Part shown: one piece after another, positions 58,037 to 64,000 of the stretch
Numbering within the stretch: the first letter of the stretch is position 1
How the letters are laid out: each line of letters starts with the position of its first letter
Source: Dehalococcoidia bacterium
GTDB lineage: Bacteria > Chloroflexota > Dehalococcoidia > UBA2979
Length of the DNA stretch: 64,000 nt
Direction: 5' to 3'
NCBI GenBank assembly: GCA_965262725.1
Contig: OZ253555.1
Span: 3,232,001 to 3,296,000, forward strand
Made by a program: the position numbers and the translations under genes
The notes under the pieces: model-generated
Database searches by the model: none
What the model was told of the DNA's origin: nothing
Seen by the model: only the letters and a program-made list of their open reading frames with translations

Positions 58037-58213
58037 CGCACCGCTCCTTCCCGGGGACTGGCCACGCCTCCTCCAAATCCTAGCCCCGAGCCGCGGACGA
58101 TGGCGACTTCCACCACGGCGAATCTTTTCTAATTCGTAAGGATCGCCGTCTACCGTGAAGTGAGCGCGGGGCGATCGGCGCCCGCCGGCGGTGGTGTGAG
58201 GGACGGGACAGCC

Positions 58214-60040
58214 GTGCTGCATCAGCTTCGCGAGCTTCGTGCGCAGTGGCCCGGTGCTGTGGCAGGGGTGGTCGGCGCCGCGACGGCGCTGGCCATCGGC
58301 GATCTCGCGGCGCGCCTCCTCGAGGGGGCGTCGCTCATCGTCGCCATCGGCGACGTCATCATCGACCGCTCGCCGAGCGCCGTTACCGGCGCGGCGATTG
58401 AGATCTTCGGCACGAACGACAAGCCCGCTCTGATCGTCGGCATCATCGCCACCTCGCTGCTGCTCGGAGCCCTCCTTGGCATGCTCTCGATGCGCTCGCG
58501 CGCGATCGGCGTCCTGACCCTGGCGGCCTTCGCGTTCGTCGGCGGACTCGCCGCGGCCCACGATCCCCTCACCTCGGGCGCGCAGGCCTGGATCACGGCT
58601 GCCGCCGCCGGCGGTGCGGGCACCGCGGCGCTCCTCGGCCTGCTCCACCTATCCGCCGCGGCCGGCACGGCGGCCGACGACTCGTTCCCCGACCCGGCCG
58701 TGAAGCGCCTGGGGCGCCGGCGGTTCCTCTCCGTCGTCGGCGGCGGGCTGGCGGCGGCGGCGATCTCGGTGCCCCTCGGACGGCGTCTGATCGGACCGGC
58801 AGTCGACGTCGAGGCACAGCGGGCCGCCATCGTGCTGCCCCCGCCGAGTGCCTCCTCGCGGGCGCGGCCCCCGGCGACCCGGACCGCCCCGGCGCCCTCG
58901 GCGACCCCGGCAGCCGGCGGCACACCCGGCGTGGGAGCGACCGCGACGCCCGCCCCCACGCCGGCGGCGGCAGCCGAGTCCCCCGGCCCCGAGGCAACGG
59001 CGACCGGGACCGCGCCCGAGGCGACGCGCCAGCCCACCCCGGATCAGACGCCCGAGCCGACGCCCGAACCCACGCCCGCGCCCACACCCACGCCCGCGCC
59101 GGTCGTCCGCGGCCCCGAGGCAGTCCCGGGGATCTCGCCGCTCGTCACGCCGAACAGCGAGTTCTACCGGATCGATACGGCGCTCGCGGTGCCGCGCGTC
59201 GACAGCGCCCAGTGGCGGCTCCGGATCACCGGAATGGTCGACCGCCCGGCGGAGTTCACCTTCGACGACCTGCTCGCCATGAACCTCCGCGAGGAGTCAG
59301 TGACCCTCGCCTGCGTCTCCAACGACGTGGGCGGCAGCCTCGTCGGCAACGCCTACTGGCTTGGCGTCCCACTGCCCACGCTGCTGCGCGCGGCCGGCGT
59401 CCAGGCCGGAGCCTCGCAGGTGATCGGGCGCTCCGTCGACGGTTTCACCGTCGGCTTCCCGACCGACGTCGCGCTGGACGGGCGCGAGTCGATGGTCGTG
59501 GTCGGCATGAACGGCGAGCCCCTCCCGGCGGAGCACGGCTTCCCGGCCCGCCTGATCGTCCCGGGACTCTACGGCTACGTCTCGGCGACGAAATGGCTCG
59601 GTGAGATCGAGCTCTCCACGCTCGAAGGCTTCGACGCGTACTGGGTGCGGCGAGCGTGGGCCAAGGAGGCTCCGATCAAGCTCCAGTCGCGCATCGACGT
59701 GCCGGAAGCGGGCGGCGGGCTCAGGGCGGGCAACGTCCGCGTCGCCGGCGTGGCCTGGGGCGGTCTGCGGGGCGTGAGCGGCGTTCAGCTTCGGGCGAGC
59801 GATCTGGCAGGGGGTGCGCGTTCGCAGGAGGAGGGGTGGATCGGCGCCGTCCTCAGCGAGGAGCTCTCCGACAGCAGCTGGCGCCAGTGGGTCGTCGACT
59901 GGCCGGCCACCGCCGGAAGCTTCGAGCTCGAGGTCCGCGCGATCGATCGCAGCGGAGTGGTGCAGACCGCGCAGGTGCGGCCCAAGCAGCCGGACGGCGC
60001 CACCGGACACCACACGATCCGCGTCACCGTGAACGCGTAG
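58214..60040 (+). CDS. Membrane-anchored molybdopterin oxidoreductase (sulfite oxidase family)
   Basis: N-terminal TM bundle, internal GRRRFL, Pro/Thr linker, FYRIDTAL, TLACVSN (Mo-ligand Cys), HGFPARLIVPGLYGYVSATKW; start 58214 or 58160. Confidence 0.9.
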   Translation: MLHQLRELRAQWPGAVAGVVGAATALAIGDLAARLLEGASLIVAIGDVIIDRSPSAVTGAAIEIFGTNDKPALIVGIIATSLLLGALLGMLSMRSRAIGVLTLAAFAFVGGLAAAHDPLTSGAQAWITAAAAGGAGTAALLGLLHLSAAAGTAADDSFPDPAVKRLGRRRFLSVVGGGLAAAAISVPLGRRLIGPAVDVEAQRAAIVLPPPSASSRARPPATRTAPAPSATPAAGGTPGVGATATPAPTPAAAAESPGPEATATGTAPEATRQPTPDQTPEPTPEPTPAPTPTPAPVVRGPEAVPGISPLVTPNSEFYRIDTALAVPRVDSAQWRLRITGMVDRPAEFTFDDLLAMNLREESVTLACVSNDVGGSLVGNAYWLGVPLPTLLRAAGVQAGASQVIGRSVDGFTVGFPTDVALDGRESMVVVGMNGEPLPAEHGFPARLIVPGLYGYVSATKWLGEIELSTLEGFDAYWVRRAWAKEAPIKLQSRIDVPEAGGGLRAGNVRVAGVAWGGLRGVSGVQLRASDLAGGARSQEEGWIGAVLSEELSDSSWRQWVVDWPATAGSFELEVRAIDRSGVVQTAQVRPKQPDGATGHHTIRVTVNA

Positions 60041-60224
60041 CGAGCCTCGCCCGGGGCGCCCGAACGACGGTATCCATCGTGTCGCGCGCCCGGCGCGTAC
60101 CGCGCCGAGGCCGGATGCTATGCCCGGACGTCGGGGCCATACTACGATCCGGCGGGACACCGGCTGACGACGGAGGGCCCGGCGCCCCGGGGCGTGGGCG
60201 AGGCCGGGTGGGAGGAAATCGCAG

Positions 60225-61163
60225 ATGAGTCGACCGGGGCTTGAGCCGCTCGTGCGGTCGCTGCTCGTGCTCGCGCCCGCCGTGCTCGCCGGCGTGCTCG
60301 CCGTCCAGGCCGGCTGGTTCGGCGGCACCGGCCACCCGTCGGCCGTGGTCGGCGGGGGGACGGCGGCATCCGCCCGGGCGACGGTCCCGACGGCCGGACT
60401 TCCGTCCCCGGAGGCGCTCGACGAGGTGGTACGCGCCCTGCTCGCCGCGATGAGCGGCGACGGCGCCGACCTCTTCTCCGGGGCGCCCGCCGAGCTGCCG
60501 CCGGCGCTCCGCACGTTCTTCCGCGAGTCGGGCGCCGACCTGCTGCTGGGCGTCGCGGTTGCGGACGTCGGCGGCACGGTCACAGTGGCGACCGTCTTCC
60601 CCGGGGCGCCCGCCGAGCGCGCCGGGCTCGAAGCCGGCGACGTGATCACGGCGCTCGACGACGTGCCGATCGCGAGCGGCTCCGAGCTGCGCGCCGCCGT
60701 CGAGGCGGTGGAGCCGGGCACGACGTACGCGCTGACGCTCCGCCGCGTGGGCGCGGTCGAGGCGGTCGAGATCGTGCGGGAGGCACCGCCCGGCGGCGAC
60801 GCCTGGCGCGCCGAGCTGCTGAGAACGCTCGCACTGGGACTCATGCTTGCCGACCGTCCGTCCGGCCCGGCCCTCCCCCCCTCGCTGCTCGGCGAACTGG
60901 TCGAGGAGACGCCGGACGGCCTGCGTGTCTTCGCCGTCTTCCCGGGATCTCCGGCGGATCAGGCGGGGCTCAGGCCGGGCGATCTCCTGATAGCGGTCGA
61001 CGGCCACGAACTGTCGACGCTCGCCGACGTCCGCTCCGTGACCCGCCTCCCCTTCCCCGCCTCGGGCGACATCGAGGTCACCCTCGAGCGGGACGGTGAG
61101 CGAATGACGCTCCTCGTCGGGTTCGCGGTCGGCGGAATGTTCGGGCAGCCGAGCGAGTCGTAG
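60225..61163 (+). CDS. Membrane-anchored or exported tandem PDZ-domain protein
   Basis: Signal/TM segment and two V.PG.PA..AGL..GD.I motifs; no protease domain seen. Confidence 0.8.
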   Translation: MSRPGLEPLVRSLLVLAPAVLAGVLAVQAGWFGGTGHPSAVVGGGTAASARATVPTAGLPSPEALDEVVRALLAAMSGDGADLFSGAPAELPPALRTFFRESGADLLLGVAVADVGGTVTVATVFPGAPAERAGLEAGDVITALDDVPIASGSELRAAVEAVEPGTTYALTLRRVGAVEAVEIVREAPPGGDAWRAELLRTLALGLMLADRPSGPALPPSLLGELVEETPDGLRVFAVFPGSPADQAGLRPGDLLIAVDGHELSTLADVRSVTRLPFPASGDIEVTLERDGERMTLLVGFAVGGMFGQPSES

Positions 61164-61313
61164 CAGCAGCACGCCCGGGCCACCGGGTGTCGCCTCTCCG
61201 CCGCCCCCGACGCGGCAGCCGAGCCCTGCGAGAGACGCCGGGCGGGGTTCGCGGCGGATCGCCTCGCCCTCCTGCCCCGCATGCGTGAAAGAGCGACCGG
61301 TTCGGGACGGGGC

Positions 61314-62588
61314 CTAGGCCTCCGCGACCGCGGTCACCGGCCGCTGGAAGCGCCCCCGGACGAGCACGTCCCGTAGGTCGGAGAGCAGAAACGCGGCGAC
61401 CACGAAGATCACGATCCAGAGCAGGGCCGGGATCGCCATCAGGGGCCGCACGCCCACCGTGTCGGCGAGGGCGCCGAAGCCGAGATTCACTACCGCCATG
61501 TGGCCGGCGGCCATCATCATGTAGATCGCAAGGACGCGCCCGCGCAACGAGTCGGGCACGATCTCCTGCACCAGCATCTGCGAGATCGCCATGAAGGTCG
61601 CCTGCGTGCCGCCGGCGAGGACGGCGCCGATCACCGCGACGGCGGGGGAGTCCGCCGCGCCCATGACCAGCATCGCGAGGCCGCTGCCGGCACCGGTGAC
61701 GATCAGGGCGAAGCCCCGGGGCGCATCGCGGTGCACCATCGAGATGGCGAGCGTGCCGACGATCGCCCCCGCGCCGATGCCCATGACCAGCGCGCTGAAG
61801 GTGCCGCTGCCGCCGCCGAGATCGGTGGCCAGCCTCGGGAGCAGCGCGTTGAAGGCCATCGTGAACGAGCAGTGGAAGACGACGAGGCCGATCACGAGCC
61901 GCAGGCGCTGATCTTCCCAGGCGTGGGCGAAGCCGCGGCCGACGTCGGTGACCACCCCGCGTGTGCCGAGAATCCCCTCGCCCAGCTCCGAGCGATACGC
62001 GACGCGGGCGAGCGAGGCGATCGCGACAGAGAGGACCGCCGCGGAGAGCACGAACACCGAGGCGGCCCCCAGCGTTGCGAGCAGCACGCCGCCGAAGAGG
62101 GGCCCCGCGATCCGCGACCCGTGGACGGTGATACCCCCGAGGGCCACCGCGTTCATCAGGTGCTCGCGCGGCACCAGGTTGGCCAAGAGGGCACGCTGCG
62201 CCGGCATCGCCGCGGCCTGGCCCCAGCCCTGTACCGCCGCGAGCAGCACGACGTGCCAGACCTCCACGAGGCCCGTGAAGGTCAGCAACGCGAGCACGAG
62301 CGACGCCGCCAGCGAGAGCATCAGTGCCGCCAGCGCGAGCTTTCGGCGGTCGACGCGGTCGGCGACCGCCCCGGCGAACGGGCCGACCACCACGAACTGC
62401 ACCGCGCCCGCGAAGAAGGTGAGCCCCACCGCGAAGGAGGAGCCGGAGAGATCGAAGACGAGCCAGCTCTGCGCGAGGACGAGCGCCCAGCGCGAGGCGG
62501 AGGCGAAGAAGAAGCTGATGAAGAGGCGGCGAAAGTCCACCGACTGGAAGGCCGGCATGCGCCTCAGGAGGACCGACTTGCTGCTCAC
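61314..62588 (-). CDS. MFS transporter
   Basis: About 12 TM segments, GAVADRVDRRK motif A, LRGRVLAIY. Confidence 0.92.
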   Translation of the reverse strand: MSSKSVLLRRMPAFQSVDFRRLFISFFFASASRWALVLAQSWLVFDLSGSSFAVGLTFFAGAVQFVVVGPFAGAVADRVDRRKLALAALMLSLAASLVLALLTFTGLVEVWHVVLLAAVQGWGQAAAMPAQRALLANLVPREHLMNAVALGGITVHGSRIAGPLFGGVLLATLGAASVFVLSAAVLSVAIASLARVAYRSELGEGILGTRGVVTDVGRGFAHAWEDQRLRLVIGLVVFHCSFTMAFNALLPRLATDLGGGSGTFSALVMGIGAGAIVGTLAISMVHRDAPRGFALIVTGAGSGLAMLVMGAADSPAVAVIGAVLAGGTQATFMAISQMLVQEIVPDSLRGRVLAIYMMMAAGHMAVVNLGFGALADTVGVRPLMAIPALLWIVIFVVAAFLLSDLRDVLVRGRFQRPVTAVAEA

Positions 62589-62606
62589 GGCGACAGCCTA
62601 CTGTAT

Positions 62607-64000
62607 CCCTGATCCACCGAAGAAGAGTGCGCGAGCGGCTGGGGTTGGGTGCTCCGCTGTAGCTGGGACAATGGTTTTTGACCGAATCACGTCACAGCCA
62701 CAGGGAGCACCCATTCGATGTTAGCAACGAGCAGCCCCGACCGGATACACATCGCCTTCGACGACGACCGCCTCGTGGACCACGCGGGCCTGCTGCTCCC
62801 GGCCACGCTCGCTGGCCGGCTCGGCCTCCGTGAACTGGCAGACGCCCACCTCGACCTCGGTGACGCAGCGGGGCGGGCGAACGTCGGCGACAAGCTGATG
62901 ACTCTCATCGCCTCGGCGCTCGCGGGCGGCGACTGCATCGATGACGCCGATGCCATGCGCTCAGGCGGCGCCGGGCGCGTGCTCGGCTGCACGGTGAAGG
63001 CGCCGTCCACCCTCGGGACGTTCCTGCGCAGCTTCCGCTGGGGCCACGTCCGCCAGCTCGACCGCATCAGCCGCGAGTTGCTGGCCCGCAGTTGGGCGGC
63101 CGGGGCGGGACCCGGCGCGGCGCCGTTCACGATCGACCTCGACTCGACGCTCTGCGAGACCTACGGACTGGCGAAAGAGGGCGCCCGGCACCACGGCTAC
63201 ACGGGCGTGCGCGGCTATCACCCGCTGCTCGCGGTGGCGGCCGGGACGGGTGAGGTGCTGATGGCCCGGCTGCGCGGGGGCCGTGCCAACACCGCTCGGG
63301 GGGCCGCCCACTTCCTGCGTGAGACGGTGGGCCGGGTGCGCGACGCCGGGGCGAGCGGGCAGCTCACGGTGCGCGCCGACAGCGGCTTCTACAACCACGC
63401 TGTCGTCGCCGTCTGTCGCAAGCAGGATGTCCGCTTCTCCATCACCATTCGCCAGCAGCCGAACGTACGCCGGCTGATCGAGGCGATACCGGAAGAGGAC
63501 TGGACGCCGATCCCGTACTGGCAGGACGACGGCGCCGCTGTCGCCGAGACGACCTACACGCCGTTCCAGCACACGAGGGACGCCACCGCGGTGCGGCTCA
63601 TCGTGCGGCGCGTCAAGCCGACGCCCGGCTCACAGCTCGCGCTCTTCGTGAACTACAGTTACCACGCCTTCATCACCGATCGCGCGGGGGAGATGATGGA
63701 GCTGGAGGCCGACCATCGCCGTCACGCCGAGATCGAGAACGCGATCCGCGACCTCAAGTACGGCGTCGGGTTGAACCATCTCCCCTCGGGCCGCTTCGCC
63801 GCGAACGCGGCGTGGCTCGCGGTGCAGGTGATCGCGCACAACCTCGCCCGCTGGACGGCACGCCTCGGGCTCGGCGAGGGGATCGTGACGACCAGGACGC
63901 TCAGGCGGCGCTACTTCTCTCTCGCCGGACGGCTCACCCACTCTGCCCGGCGGTGGACCCTGCACCTCCCGAAGCGCTGGCCCTGGGCCGGGCAGCTGGC
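62607..64000 (+). mobile_element. IS1380-family insertion sequence (right end beyond the window)
   Basis: Candidate left end ccctgatccaccga at 62607, followed by the transposase gene. Confidence 0.8.
62718..64000 (+). CDS. IS1380-family DDE transposase (3' end outside the window; absent from the ORF track)
   Basis: Open frame from ATG 62718: HAGL, APSTLGTFLR, TIDLDST, GYHPLL, VRADSGFY, HRRHAEIENAIRDLK, ANAAWL. Confidence 0.93.
   Translation, partial: MLATSSPDRIHIAFDDDRLVDHAGLLLPATLAGRLGLRELADAHLDLGDAAGRANVGDKLMTLIASALAGGDCIDDADAMRSGGAGRVLGCTVKAPSTLGTFLRSFRWGHVRQLDRISRELLARSWAAGAGPGAAPFTIDLDSTLCETYGLAKEGARHHGYTGVRGYHPLLAVAAGTGEVLMARLRGGRANTARGAAHFLRETVGRVRDAGASGQLTVRADSGFYNHAVVAVCRKQDVRFSITIRQQPNVRRLIEAIPEEDWTPIPYWQDDGAAVAETTYTPFQHTRDATAVRLIVRRVKPTPGSQLALFVNYSYHAFITDRAGEMMELEADHRRHAEIENAIRDLKYGVGLNHLPSGRFAANAAWLAVQVIAHNLARWTARLGLGEGIVTTRTLRRRYFSLAGRLTHSARRWTLHLPKRWPWAGQL

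Noticed and set aside
55076-58132. 1018-aa + strand ORF and similar long ORFs (27920-30214, 30956-33529, 33448-35940)
   Set aside because: Antisense shadows of well-supported minus-strand genes, with Arg/Pro/Ala-rich composition and no motifs.

Overview
Very GC-rich bacterial chromosome segment. Gene content (F420/LLM oxidoreductases, archaeal-type apgM, miaA-dapF-dapL-hflX, Pro/Thr/Ala-linker Tat lipoproteins) suggests Chloroflexota, Dehalococcoidia/SAR202-like; this is inference. 1-11 kb and 14.7-21 kb hold catabolic genes: acyl-CoA dehydrogenase, LLM oxidoreductases, five alpha/beta hydrolases, an M20 peptidase and an EthD-MmgE/PrpD cluster. At 11.2-14.6 kb, divergent tRNA-Arg(TCT) and tRNA-Lys(TTT) carry mobile-element debris: an att-like duplication of the tRNA-Arg 3' end that brackets an orphan ABC solute-binding gene, a decayed integrase and an IS21 istB fragment. 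21.8-46.7 kb is housekeeping (korAB, dap, pgk-apgM-tpiA, guaA-purD-purB-purC-purS). After that come hpnCDE-ispH, a KamA-family radical SAM aminomutase behind a c-di-AMP (ydaO-type) riboswitch, a Liv-type ABC transporter, a membrane MoCo oxidoreductase, a PDZ protein, an MFS transporter and an IS1380 element running off the window end. Best leads: the c-di-AMP riboswitch-aminomutase unit, a ~200-nt 6S-like hairpin upstream of korA, the eroded tRNA-Arg island and the EthD-MmgE/PrpD cluster. No CRISPR array or rRNA was seen. All family calls come from reading motifs by eye; no searches were run.
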